A stretch of 64,000 nucleotides of DNA from Clostridiales bacterium (GCA_012520295.1 JAAYOP010000137.1:631-64630), one strand, 5' to 3'. Counted from the first letter of the stretch, positions 1 to 9,681 are shown. The notes: a model not told the origin generated them from the letters alone. Made by a program: numbers and translations.

Positions 1-234
1 CATCGTCATCACTGATATCAAAGGAATATTCCGGTTTTACAAAAAAGGAATCTACCACCGGAAGACAGATATTTTCATCCTGGACAGACTGAAGCCATAA
101 TATCGGGTAGCTTCCCTCAAACTGCAATATGGCAAAACGCTTATACTCCTCAAGACCCGGTAATCCATCTTCGAAATATATTATTTTGTTTTCATCAATT
201 TCTACAGGGCCAAATCGATAGGTGTCAATAATCA
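1..234 (-). CDS. fliW: flagellar assembly factor FliW (C-terminal part runs off the window edge)
   Basis: Reverse-strand reading from the ATG at 234 gives MIIDTYRFGPVEIDENKIIYFEDGLPGLEEYKRFAILQFEGSYPILWLQSVQDE..., matching the FliW N-terminal pattern. It is missing from the ORF track because it is open at the edge. It lies next to flgL and the yviE-like gene, as in Bacillus. Confidence 0.8.
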
Positions 235-274
235 TAAGCGCTTCCGCCTTTCAAAACATGGTTTTAACTCACTG

Positions 275-877
275 CTAAAGTTTTGCATCTATTAATCTTC
301 CATTTGATTCCTGTGCCTCGGCATCCTCAATTATTATTTTTATATATGGCTTTTCACGCAAATAAACCTCAACAGAATGCTTTGGATCGACAATAATCTC
401 CGGCCTGCACTCGCCTTCCCATTCTATTTTAAACTTTCTGCTTGTCCATTTAATGTCAATACTGCCCTTGCTCCATACAATTTCAGGCAGTTCTTTTGGC
501 ATAAGTCCGATGTTAATCCCCTTTTGGGACTGCTTCAGACTCTTTGACCTGTATACCCCGGCTATCCTGTTTCCTTTCTGCTCTACCTTCGCCATTTGGT
601 TTCCATCGTTAACGGTTTGGCTGATATAATTATATGTTTTATCTATGGCGGTATTTCTTATTTCCCGCATCAAAGTCATAGGATCTCTAAAGCCCATCTC
701 ATTTCTTACTTTTTTCATGTTTATTTCAAATGTGGGCCTTTCAATATTTATCTCCATCTGCGGATCTTCCTGCACAATCTTCATCTTTTGTTTCGGCATT
801 TTGATGTTCAATTTGGCAGGTGTTATTTTTATACCGATTTGGGCAAACTGCTGATCTATTTTTATGCGTGAAATCAT
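275..877 (-). CDS. YviE/DUF6470-like flagellar-locus protein of unknown function
   Basis: A 200-aa ORF lies between flgL and fliW, the slot occupied by yviE in Bacillus. No catalytic motif was recognised. The family name is recalled from memory and was not verified. Confidence 0.55.
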   Translation of the reverse strand: MISRIKIDQQFAQIGIKITPAKLNIKMPKQKMKIVQEDPQMEINIERPTFEINMKKVRNEMGFRDPMTLMREIRNTAIDKTYNYISQTVNDGNQMAKVEQKGNRIAGVYRSKSLKQSQKGINIGLMPKELPEIVWSKGSIDIKWTSRKFKIEWEGECRPEIIVDPKHSVEVYLREKPYIKIIIEDAEAQESNGRLIDAKL

Positions 878-959
878 TGCACATCAACCTCTAAAACGGC
901 ATACGCCATATATATCAGGAGGTATTAATGCGAAAACTCCTGTTATTATAACAATCATA

Positions 960-1934
960 TCATCTTAAAAAGTCCATGAGAGTAGGCATTATAATATAGG
1001 CTCCTGTTGAAAGGGCGGCTTTATAAACGGATTCCGCCATCTTGTAATTCATGATGACTTCCGCCTGATCTGCATCCTCTGCATTGGACTTCATTTGTGT
1101 GTAGTTCACCTCATCCTTGTCATAGCGAAGACTCAGTATATCAAGGCGGTTGGTTCGGCCCCCTATTTCGGCGGCCAGGGCGAGCACATGGCTCTGGGCA
1201 GTCTGCAGCTTGGCGGCAATGGTGCTGATTTCATCAACGCTATGCGTTTCCTCTGTTTTCGACATGGCAACATAGAGCTCGTTGAGAAGACCATAAAGAT
1301 TTTCTCCAGCCCCGTTGTATCGTACCAATTCTATTCCGTTTAATGTGGCCTTAACTTCAGATCCGATACCCACATCAAACGTCAATACTTCATTTATTAT
1401 CTTGTCTATGACTTCAGTGTTTTCCGTGTCCGACAAATCAATGCCATTGTAGTAAAGCTTCCCGTCACTATCTGCCGTAAACGGCGGTATGTTTATCGCT
1501 CCGCCCGCTCCGGTCGTGTTGTAACCGCCAAAAACATATTTGTCACCAAAGGTGGCATTTAATGACTGAAGCAGTTGGTCTTTCAGCTGACCTATATATT
1601 TAGCAGCATTCCGTCTGTCCTCATCGCTCTCCACATCGGTTGCAACATCGATGGCGGTCTCATACGCTGATTTTATCAGTTCGTTTATATCCATTACGCC
1701 CTCTTCTGCCTGGGCCAACCAGTTTTGAGCCGTCTCAACGTTCTTTTTGTAATGATTCAGCCGGTTTAGCTTATATCTGGCCTGCTGGCTGTATATAACG
1801 CTTATGGGATCGTCACTGATATGTGCGAATTTCCGGTTTGTAGCCAGCTGGTATTGCAGCTTGTCCAGTTTATTAAGATTGTTACTGAGATTGTTTAGAA
1901 AATTGGATGTAAGCATAGAGTTTGTGACACGCAT
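960..1934 (-). CDS. flgL: flagellar hook-associated protein 3 FlgL
   Basis: A 324-aa ORF has a flagellin-type N-terminus (MRVTNSMLTSNFLNNLSNNLNKL) and a flagellin-type C-terminal helix. It lies directly downstream of flgK. Confidence 0.85.
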   Translation of the reverse strand: MRVTNSMLTSNFLNNLSNNLNKLDKLQYQLATNRKFAHISDDPISVIYSQQARYKLNRLNHYKKNVETAQNWLAQAEEGVMDINELIKSAYETAIDVATDVESDEDRRNAAKYIGQLKDQLLQSLNATFGDKYVFGGYNTTGAGGAINIPPFTADSDGKLYYNGIDLSDTENTEVIDKIINEVLTFDVGIGSEVKATLNGIELVRYNGAGENLYGLLNELYVAMSKTEETHSVDEISTIAAKLQTAQSHVLALAAEIGGRTNRLDILSLRYDKDEVNYTQMKSNAEDADQAEVIMNYKMAESVYKAALSTGAYIIMPTLMDFLR

Positions 1935-1969
1935 AAAAAGCCCTCCGTTCCTGCAAGGTTAAAGCCAGC

Positions 1970-3466
1970 CTATCTTCCAACGATGCCCATTCTGTTAATT
2001 ATTACCTCAAGGGCTTCATCCATAGCAGTTATAACTCTTGAAGCGCCGCTGTAGGCATGCTGATATTTAATAAGATTGGTCATTTCTTCATCCAGAGAAA
2101 CACCGGATACGGAAGTTCTCTGGTTATCTACAGCCAGAAGGTTTGACTTCTGATTCTCTGATTTTGTTTTACTGTGTTCAAGGGTTATTGCCACATCCAG
2201 GATTATTCCCGACATAAAGCTGTTAAACCCGCCGATATTTTTAAGATCAGATTTGTTAAGCAGTTCATATATTGCTCTTGCATTTTCCTGATTGCCCTGC
2301 TGAAGCTCGTCGCCATCTCCGACTAAATTAATTTTCTTACTGGACGCCGCTATATTAAAAACACTATTTAAAACATCATCGCTCAGCCTGATGTTTTCTG
2401 CTGTCACTTCAGCTGGCTCGTCAGGCTCGTGAAAGAAATTTACACCTGTACGAGATTCTTCTCCGCTGGCCGGGTGGGTAAATCCATTTCTGTGAATTTT
2501 GTTGACTTCCTGAACAATTGCCCGTGCCAGTATATTCAGCTGCTCCATGAAATATGGTATTCCCGGCGTGTCACTTGTAGCATTATCCCTCAGATCTAAA
2601 TGTCCTTTCAGCTCGCCTCCAAGTTTATCTGAAGAATAATCATATGCGGTACCATCTACTATAATTTTTTCCGGCAGACCGTTTTCGCCATAAGTAATAT
2701 TGAAATTATTCGCTGTAACATGGTTCACAAGCTCTGCCCCCGGAATGCCGGCCAACTCTATAATAAGCTTATTATCCTCTGTTTCATGATACTTAATATC
2801 CACAAGCCCCGACAACTCGTCAATCAGCAGATTTCTCTTGTCACGCAGATCGTTGGCCCTAAATCCGTTCATTTCATAGGCATATATTGATTTGTTTAAA
2901 CTTGCTATATTGTCGGTAATAGTGTTTATCCTGGTTATAACGGCCTCAATCGCCGTATTGTGGTTTTCCTTGAGCTCCTCAAGCCGCTTGTATATCTGAT
3001 TAAAGCTGTCGGTAAGGCTTATTGCAGCCTGCTGAACAACCGTTCTCTGCTCCTTGTCGTTTGCTTCCGTAGTCAAGGTTAAAAAGGCCTGAAACAATTT
3101 GTTTATACCCTGGGTAAGAGCGGATTCTTCAAAATCCTCAAACAGGGCTTCAACATACGTAAGGCCTGTCGTGCGAGTGGACCATTCTGAATAAAGGGTT
3201 TGTTCCGAGCGGAATTGCCTGTCGTAAAACGCCGATCGAATCTGGTCAAGAATCATCACCTTCACGCCGGCGCCCACAAGTGCATTGTCTACGGGTAAAA
3301 ACAGTCTGGAGCCGCTGAAAGGCTCATACGCTGTTTTCACAAGACGCTGGCGAGTATATCCGGGCGTATTCACGTTTGCTATATTATGTCCTGTAACATC
3401 CAGCCCTTTCTGGCTTATATTGAGCCCGGTTCGTGCGACTTCAAGACCGAAAAAAGTCGATCTCAT
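1970..3466 (-). CDS. flgK: flagellar hook-associated protein 1 FlgK
   Basis: A 498-aa ORF has the axial-protein N-terminal motif (GHNIANVNTPGYTRQ) and the C-terminal SGVSLDEEMTNLIKYQHAYSGASRVI. Confidence 0.9.
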   Translation of the reverse strand: MRSTFFGLEVARTGLNISQKGLDVTGHNIANVNTPGYTRQRLVKTAYEPFSGSRLFLPVDNALVGAGVKVMILDQIRSAFYDRQFRSEQTLYSEWSTRTTGLTYVEALFEDFEESALTQGINKLFQAFLTLTTEANDKEQRTVVQQAAISLTDSFNQIYKRLEELKENHNTAIEAVITRINTITDNIASLNKSIYAYEMNGFRANDLRDKRNLLIDELSGLVDIKYHETEDNKLIIELAGIPGAELVNHVTANNFNITYGENGLPEKIIVDGTAYDYSSDKLGGELKGHLDLRDNATSDTPGIPYFMEQLNILARAIVQEVNKIHRNGFTHPASGEESRTGVNFFHEPDEPAEVTAENIRLSDDVLNSVFNIAASSKKINLVGDGDELQQGNQENARAIYELLNKSDLKNIGGFNSFMSGIILDVAITLEHSKTKSENQKSNLLAVDNQRTSVSGVSLDEEMTNLIKYQHAYSGASRVITAMDEALEVIINRMGIVGR

Positions 3467-3532
3467 TTTTATTCATCCTTTCACCGGAAAATTTCAATTA
3501 AAATACAGTCACCACTGCGGAAATGTATCAAA

Positions 3533-4042
3533 CTACACCTGCTTATCGAAAAGACCGGCACTCTTCTTCATTTCCTTTTCCACTGCCTTTCCTTCCTCGG
3601 TGTAATAGTTGTTTAGAGGATCCTCAGAACCCACTATTACATGCAGCATGGCATCGGTATACTCAAGATGCGTCTCCAGCAGTGTTTTATTTGTTTTGTT
3701 AATCTCCTCCTGTGCCTTAAGCAGTCCGTTGAGTTCTTTTTGAAGAATCGTAAAGCGTTCCTTCAGTTTCCCGCCAGCTCTGTCTATAATAAATGACAAC
3801 GTAATCTCTTTTTCCGGAATGTTCAGGGATTTGGATAACTTCTCCTGCACGTTCTGACGCTTTTTCTCGAGTGAATTCAATTCAGACAAATATTTCAGTT
3901 CCTGCCCCACTACCTCGTTAAGCCCTTCTATATCATTTTTATAGGCCAGGTTTTTCTTTTTATAGGACAGTTCCAGTAATTGCTGCTGTATTCCCTTGAG
4001 CTTAAAAAGCAGATTATACATTTCTTCAAAATAATTATGCAA
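3533..4042 (-). CDS. flgN: FlgN-family flagellar chaperone
   Basis: A 169-aa all-helical ORF lies between flgM and flgK, the Bacillus yvyG position. Confidence 0.6.
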   Translation of the reverse strand: MHNYFEEMYNLLFKLKGIQQQLLELSYKKKNLAYKNDIEGLNEVVGQELKYLSELNSLEKKRQNVQEKLSKSLNIPEKEITLSFIIDRAGGKLKERFTILQKELNGLLKAQEEINKTNKTLLETHLEYTDAMLHVIVGSEDPLNNYYTEEGKAVEKEMKKSAGLFDKQV

Positions 4043-4111
4043 TTTCTTTCAGCTCCCGTGCAGTTAAATGTGGAAATCCGGCAATAGACCGGATTTTCCT
4101 TCCTCTTCCCT

Positions 4112-4399
4112 TCAGTTTTGGAAAAGCGACAGTATTTTCTCAGCTACGAGCTCGCCACTTATGTTATATTCTCCACGCTTTATGCGGCTTTTTATATCAT
4201 TTATTCTTACCTGCTCATTGCTTGTTTGAGCTAAAACCCTGTTTTTTATCTCATTTAGAGTATTGGAAAAGCTCTCTGCTTCCACAGACAGGGATACATA
4301 ATCGTATGCTTTGTCCGTTTTTTTCTTTTCTGTAACAGTTAATTTATTTGAACGATAATTCTGCACATAATAGCTGCTCGTTATCGAATCTATTCTCAT
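4112..4399 (-). CDS. flgM: anti-sigma-28 factor FlgM
   Basis: A small ORF has a C-terminal FlgM-like helix region (RINDIKSRIKRGEYNISGELVAEKIL). The start was moved to the MRIDSI ATG at 4399, which has an AAAGGAAA RBS. It lies upstream of flgN-flgK. Confidence 0.65.
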   Translation of the reverse strand: MRIDSITSSYYVQNYRSNKLTVTEKKKTDKAYDYVSLSVEAESFSNTLNEIKNRVLAQTSNEQVRINDIKSRIKRGEYNISGELVAEKILSLFQN

Positions 4400-4431
4400 T
4401 TCCAGATTTCCTTTCAACGGAAGAATTTTTG

Positions 4432-4848
4432 TTAATTCTCTCTCCTCTTTTTCGGTTCAATGTGCATTTTCGTTTTATCAACCCTTCCCGACAGCGGCTT
4501 TTGCTGCTTCGGAATACTGTTTAAAAGAGTATCTGAAAGATTCTTTCTGCATTTATCACACATTATTCCACTGCTAATCGGCCGACGGCAATACTGACAG
4601 ACCGAGCTGCCGTAATTGCTGTCGGATGTGGAAAGCCTGTTTTCATGAATAAGATGAATAACTATTTTTTTAGGTGTGTCGGTCCCTTCGCAAATCTCCT
4701 CAATAGTTGATTTTTCAGGGTTTTCATACAAAAAATCTCTTATCCGGACAAATGCTTCGTCTACTTCATTCATGCATTTATAACACATTTTTGTTCCAAC
4801 GCTCTGAAAGGGTTTGCTGCATATTTTGCACTGTACTATTTCCGGCAT
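4432..4848 (-). CDS. YvyF-like flagellar operon zinc-ribbon protein
   Basis: The ORF has paired CxxC motifs at both ends (CKIC...CYKC and CQYC...CDKC). It lies immediately upstream of flgM, like Bacillus yvyF. The start was set at MPEIVQC, 9 nt after GGAGGGG. Confidence 0.6.
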   Translation of the reverse strand: MPEIVQCKICSKPFQSVGTKMCYKCMNEVDEAFVRIRDFLYENPEKSTIEEICEGTDTPKKIVIHLIHENRLSTSDSNYGSSVCQYCRRPISSGIMCDKCRKNLSDTLLNSIPKQQKPLSGRVDKTKMHIEPKKRREN

Positions 4849-4900
4849 ACTACACATCCCCTCCGGCAGTATTCGTTATTTGCTTTTGAGTTATAAAACT

Positions 4901-5677
4901 CTATCTTTTCATATTATTGGCCAAGCCTTCCATTTGATCTGCTGTTGAAAGAGCGCGACCGGCCAATGAAAATGCTCTTTGTGCTCTGATAAGGCGCGTC
5001 ATTTCTTCGGCAAGATTAACATTTGAATTCTCCAGATATCCCTGTTTAACAGTGGCATCGGTTGTGGGCTCAGCCTCTCCGGATGCTTCTGTAGCTCTGA
5101 ACTTTCCGCCACCTGCCGACATAAGTCCTGATTTATTTTGAAATTTGTATATTCCAAGCTGATCGGTCATAAGCGGTGTTTCACCTGAAAAGAAAGTCAT
5201 GGTCCCCCTTTCATCCACCTCTATCTTGGTGGTACCCTCCGGAATTATCACTCTTACACCGCCTGTGTTTCTGACAAAGTTGCCGTCTGAATCTACAAGA
5301 TAACGCCGATCCCCAATCGCTGAATCATAGAGATTTCCGCCTCGCCTGTAACAGGCGTTCCCCATGGTATCCTCTAGTTCGAAAAAGGCGTCTCCTATAA
5401 TAGCAATGTCGAGATTGTTTCCCGTGGAAACCAAGCTACCTTCTGAAAAGTCTCTTGTAATAGATGAAACCATCAGTCCATGCCCCTTTTGCTGGTTACC
5501 GTCAGGAGTATAGGGCGGTCCGGGCACATTTCCCGCCGTATAAAGAGCGTCCTTAAAATCCAGCCTGGAGCCTTTAAATCCGACAGTGTTTATATTTGCT
5601 ATGTTATCGGCTATTGTATCCAGCCTTCTCTGCTGGTTTTTTAAACCGCTGGCTGCTATGTTTATTGCCTCGTACAT
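4901..5677 (-). CDS. flagellar basal-body rod protein (FlgF/FlgG family)
   Basis: The ORF has the N-terminal IADNIANINTVGFK motif and the C-terminal LENSNVNLAEEMTRLIRAQRAF axial-protein motif. The start was set at MYEAINIA, which has an AAGGA RBS. Confidence 0.8.
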   Translation of the reverse strand: MYEAINIAASGLKNQQRRLDTIADNIANINTVGFKGSRLDFKDALYTAGNVPGPPYTPDGNQQKGHGLMVSSITRDFSEGSLVSTGNNLDIAIIGDAFFELEDTMGNACYRRGGNLYDSAIGDRRYLVDSDGNFVRNTGGVRVIIPEGTTKIEVDERGTMTFFSGETPLMTDQLGIYKFQNKSGLMSAGGGKFRATEASGEAEPTTDATVKQGYLENSNVNLAEEMTRLIRAQRAFSLAGRALSTADQMEGLANNMKR

Positions 5678-5750
5678 GATACGCATCCTTTCAGTGCCCC
5701 GGAGTCCGACTTTTATAAACATTCGGTCACCTCAGGTTGATGACAAAATT

Positions 5751-5774
5751 ATAGTGTGCCGTATAGTGTGCCGT
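5751..5774. repeat. perfect 12-bp tandem duplication in the rod-gene intergenic spacer
   Basis: ATAGTGTGCCGT occurs twice back to back, at 5751-5762 and 5763-5774. Confidence 0.9.
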
Positions 5775-5785
5775 ATTATGATGTT

Positions 5786-6541
5786 TTATCTTAATCTTCC
5801 TATTTCATTTACGGCTTTCCCGTTTATTTCGTCTATCATCGTTATCATTTTCTGATTTGTTTCATATGCCCTGTACACCGTCAGCATATCAACCATCTCA
5901 CGCGCTATTTCAACATTTGAGCTCTCCAGCGCGCCTTGCATAATTGTAGAATCTTCCGCGGCTTCCACAGGCTGAGCATTTGAAGAATACAGGTTGCCCC
6001 CCTCTTTTCTCAGGGCGGTGTTATCTTGAAATGATACAAGCCTTATTCTGTCAATCAACTGGCCACCTGCAGTGACTTCGCCGTTTTCATTAACGCTGAA
6101 ATCTTCGCTCCCGACATTAATGGGTCCGGAATCCCCCAGCAAGTAATTGCCTTCCCCATCGATCAGATAGCCTTCGGAATCAAGATAAAATGCTCCGGAA
6201 CGAGTGTACCTTTCTCCTTGCGGTGTCATCATAACAAAAAAACCGTCACCCGCTATGAACAAATCCGTGCCTTTTCCGGTGCTTTCAACATTTCCAAGGG
6301 AAAAATCAGTATATACCTGATCAACCTGAGTCCCAAAATTCAATGGTCCTACCGGGTTACTTCGAACATCATTATTTGTGTCGTTTATACGCTCTATCAG
6401 CACATCATCGAAGGAATGTGATACCAGGTAATCCTTTTTATATCCGGTGGTGTCCGCATTGACAATATTATTTGTAATAGTCTCCATTTTTCTGCGTTGA
6501 AGCATCATGCCGGTACCTGCGATATAAAGACCACGAAACAT
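5786..6541 (-). CDS. flagellar basal-body rod protein (FlgG/FlgF family)
   Basis: The ORF has the motifs ITNNIVNADTTGYKK and LESSNVEIAREMVDMLTVYRAYETNQK. The start was set at MFRGLYIAGTGM, 5 nt after GGAGG. Confidence 0.8.
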   Translation of the reverse strand: MFRGLYIAGTGMMLQRRKMETITNNIVNADTTGYKKDYLVSHSFDDVLIERINDTNNDVRSNPVGPLNFGTQVDQVYTDFSLGNVESTGKGTDLFIAGDGFFVMMTPQGERYTRSGAFYLDSEGYLIDGEGNYLLGDSGPINVGSEDFSVNENGEVTAGGQLIDRIRLVSFQDNTALRKEGGNLYSSNAQPVEAAEDSTIMQGALESSNVEIAREMVDMLTVYRAYETNQKMITMIDEINGKAVNEIGRLR

Positions 6542-6705
6542 AGCCGCCTCCATCCCGCCGTTTTGTGCTTTTTGATGGGATCATCCAAAACATGCTTTTG
6601 TGAGCCCGTTTCAAAATCTTATACGGCTCAATATCTTTTGATATATTAAATATACTCAGTATATACTACGGAATTTTATGAAAAAAAATTAGCTATTTTT
6701 AGTTT

Positions 6706-7278
6706 TTAAATCAAATTTTTGTGCATGCCGATAACCAGGTCAACCTCATTTTGAGTTATGTTCAATTCCTGAGCAATCTGAGCTCTCGTCTTACCGCATC
6801 TGAATAGCCTGAGAATGGTCTCATTTCTGAGAGCCGTGGAGGAGTTGCCTGACAAATCGGAGGTGCTCTCGGATGGGGTTTCCCTGTGCGGGAAACGTTC
6901 ACTTCTTTGATAGGTCCATTCCATATCTCCCCTGTTCAGATCCTTCACAGTTTCAGGAGCCATTTCGTTTCGCTCCGGTATTTCCTCAGATAATCTCAAC
7001 CTGCTGCTGTTCTTATACACAACTCCTGCTATGGAGGAGAGCTTTTTGAGTGCTTCATCCATTTCGGACTTTGATTCGGCAGCCATATCAAAAAACTCAT
7101 CCATAGCATCCTCTACGGTCTGATATAGCTTTAATAGCTTGGCCTCCTTTTCATCAAAAAACATTTTCTGCTTTTTATATTGTGAAAAAGCTGCCCTGCA
7201 AATCAATATAATTATGCATACCAATATGAATACATAAAACGCAAATGCATAATACTCTATACCCAAAACAGCCTCCAT
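6706..7278 (-). CDS. membrane-anchored protein with C-terminal helix-turn-helix, function unknown
   Basis: A 190-aa ORF has an N-terminal hydrophobic helix (YYAFAFYVFILVCIIILI) and a C-terminal HTH-like segment (GKTRAQIAQELNITQNEVDLVIG). It is embedded in the flagellar gene string. Confidence 0.55.
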   Translation of the reverse strand: MEAVLGIEYYAFAFYVFILVCIIILICRAAFSQYKKQKMFFDEKEAKLLKLYQTVEDAMDEFFDMAAESKSEMDEALKKLSSIAGVVYKNSSRLRLSEEIPERNEMAPETVKDLNRGDMEWTYQRSERFPHRETPSESTSDLSGNSSTALRNETILRLFRCGKTRAQIAQELNITQNEVDLVIGMHKNLI

Positions 7279-7304
7279 TCCTCCGCCTCCAGACGGTATT
7301 GCCT

Positions 7305-7333
7305 ATATCCGCAACGGTAATAATCAGTTAAAA
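7305..7333 (-). promoter_or_regulatory. candidate sigma-28-like promoter in front of the late flagellar string
   Basis: The minus strand reads TTTTAAC..., with TTAA-15 nt-GCGGATAT (7 of 8 to GCCGATAT). It lies about 25 nt upstream of the ATG at 7278. Confidence 0.4.
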
Positions 7334-7413
7334 TCTTCATTTCCCAAGGCTTTATGTTTTATCAGGCCTCGAGGTAATGAATTCCCTCTAATCATCTTTT
7401 GAGTGATCAGATT

Positions 7414-7746
7414 TTATATTTTCACATCTATTTTGTGCTTTTTATTTGGATCGGGCGCTACCTTAAGCTCATCCAAAGGGTCCCCATCGTTTTTTTTCTT
7501 TTCTTTTTTTCTTCGCCTGTAATATCCAGCATTGTTTTCGCTCTTGTCTTTGTCAGGATGCAGGCGCAGGTTCTCAGTCACATTGGTCTTGGAGACCATT
7601 TGTTTCTTTTGCCTTTCAAATTCGGCAGCCTGTATATTCATATATTCCTGTGTTAGCTCGTTCTTTTTAAGCTGATTACTTGATTCTTTTGCCAATTCCG
7701 CTGTGCGTGTTACCATGAGCTGTGCATCAATACCTTTGATGGACAT
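7414..7746 (-). CDS. small Lys/Glu-rich hypothetical protein in flagellar operon
   Basis: The ATG at 7746 (MSIKGIDAQLMV) is preceded by GGAGGAGG. The protein is highly charged (RRRKKEKKKNDGD). No family was recognised. Confidence 0.45.
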   Translation of the reverse strand: MSIKGIDAQLMVTRTAELAKESSNQLKKNELTQEYMNIQAAEFERQKKQMVSKTNVTENLRLHPDKDKSENNAGYYRRRKKEKKKNDGDPLDELKVAPDPNKKHKIDVKI

Positions 7747-7899
7747 TCTTATTCCTCCTCCATAAAGCAAATCACCCAGGCAGAAAGCTGCCAATAACAA
7801 TTTTTAATCGCAATATGTCAGGGTTAGTCTTCTTAGAAACGGGAATATAATGGTCTATGTTACATCTATCAGGCTCATGCGTCTTTTTTCACTTGCTCG

Positions 7900-9681
7900 T
7901 TATTTGGACCTGGCCTCACAGGCTGTAAATATAACTTCTCCATTGTAATATTTGAATGTGGCAAAGTTTATCGGTTCTATTATTCTATACATTGCGTTAG
8001 CGATAGTTATCCTGCATCCGGCATATGCGGTGTCAAATACATGAACCTTACCAGCAGTTGCATTGCTCATATCAAATTCCAGCTCTTCCATCTCTCGGGC
8101 ATATTCTTCATAAAGCTGATTGTTTAGATATCTGTTGTTTTTTGTTGATGCCAGTATTTTATCCACATTCTCCTTAGTCATGTTTGCGGGCTTACGGCTC
8201 AGATATTGTTCAAGCTTATCCAGCTTTATGATTTCTTCCTTTAGTTTCTCTATTTCCTTTTTCAAAAAACTGTATCTTTTTCTTTTTTGCGGAACAATTC
8301 CAACCTCTATTTCAGTAATTGTATTCATAACTGATCCAATAGAGCGGGCGGTTAATTCTGATGTGACTTTTATATTGCCTCCCATGATGTTACCGCGCTT
8401 TCCTGTTACGATTATGGATCTGCCGGCTTCTATATTTGAATGGATTATTGAGTCAGCTATAACATCAAAACCGCTTATGATTGTTGCCCGCTCTATAAAC
8501 TGCGCGTTAATAGAGCCGTCCGCAACCAGCTTGCCCTTATCCATACCCTGGATGCCGCGCTTTAATTCTATATTCGAGCCACTTATAATCTCAGAACCCT
8601 CTACAACACCGTATATTGTAATCGATCCGGTTGCTTTTATGGTAAGTCCGGAAATCACATTTCCCTGTATTATAACACTTCCGTCAAAATCAATGTTTCC
8701 TACGCCCATATCGCAGTCACCTTTAACAGTATACACATTCGATACCGTCAGGCAGCCGCCTACAAATTCCACCATCCCGCTCATCTTGGCATACATTGCG
8801 GTTTTATCCTCATTGAGAATCGTATTTTTTGATCTGGGCATCAACACTTCCTTGCCTATCCGCTGTTTAAGCTCATTTCCGCTGACGGTCTTTCCCGGAG
8901 TCCCCTGGGTAGCCGGGTGACGTGTCACAAGAAGCTGTCCCTCCTTTACAGGTTCAAAAAGATCAAGGGTCCTGTAATCAACACGCCCCTTTTCATCTAC
9001 CTTAGGTGCGGCGCTCCTTGGGCCTATATTGAAATGGTATTCAAGATAACCGTCTTTCCCATCCTCAGGCATAATGGCTCTTGCGATCAGATATTTTTTT
9101 CCATACTGTTTTTCAGCAATAGCCTCTTGAAGTGCCTCTTCATCAACTCCATAGAGTATTCCGCTTTTTTTGATTTTTTCCTTAACTTCCTCGAGACTTA
9201 TTGATGGGCCGCCCTCATCCGGTGGCAAGAACCTGATATAGCCCTCCATATCTGATTGCTCCGTAAAAGCGACTATATCCTCACCCAGCAATATCTCCCC
9301 TTGCGGCGGTCCTATTTTTGCCTGACCCTCACCTGCTTCAAGGATTTTCAACATATCGGTAGTATTAAGCAGTCTTATGTTTTTTCTCTGAACATAAGAG
9401 GAAATCTCATCGCGATTAGGCTTTATACCACTTCCTCTGCTGGGATATATCTCAAGATATACGCCGTCTGGCTCATAATACAGCTTGAAAGAACTGTTGA
9501 TATTTTCAAGGGCAGCCATGCTGGTCCCTTCCATATCATAAACCAGCACAAGCCATGGGAGCACTTCATTGCCCTGACGCTTAACAATAGTGAAGAGGTT
9601 TTCTTTTTTAGTATTGAAAAACCTACAGGCTTTCTCAATCGCTTCTTCCTCGCTTGATGCGGTAAAGAATTTAACTTTCAT
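7900..9681 (-). CDS. FapA/DUF342 family protein (flagellar assembly protein A-like)
   Basis: A 593-aa ORF has a central repetitive beta-helix-like region (many G-x-I/V repeats) and a C-terminal coiled coil (EIEKLKEEIIKLDKLEQYL). It lies directly downstream of the sigma-28 gene, as in many Firmicutes. Confidence 0.65.
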   Translation of the reverse strand: MKVKFFTASSEEEAIEKACRFFNTKKENLFTIVKRQGNEVLPWLVLVYDMEGTSMAALENINSSFKLYYEPDGVYLEIYPSRGSGIKPNRDEISSYVQRKNIRLLNTTDMLKILEAGEGQAKIGPPQGEILLGEDIVAFTEQSDMEGYIRFLPPDEGGPSISLEEVKEKIKKSGILYGVDEEALQEAIAEKQYGKKYLIARAIMPEDGKDGYLEYHFNIGPRSAAPKVDEKGRVDYRTLDLFEPVKEGQLLVTRHPATQGTPGKTVSGNELKQRIGKEVLMPRSKNTILNEDKTAMYAKMSGMVEFVGGCLTVSNVYTVKGDCDMGVGNIDFDGSVIIQGNVISGLTIKATGSITIYGVVEGSEIISGSNIELKRGIQGMDKGKLVADGSINAQFIERATIISGFDVIADSIIHSNIEAGRSIIVTGKRGNIMGGNIKVTSELTARSIGSVMNTITEIEVGIVPQKRKRYSFLKKEIEKLKEEIIKLDKLEQYLSRKPANMTKENVDKILASTKNNRYLNNQLYEEYAREMEELEFDMSNATAGKVHVFDTAYAGCRITIANAMYRIIEPINFATFKYYNGEVIFTACEARSK

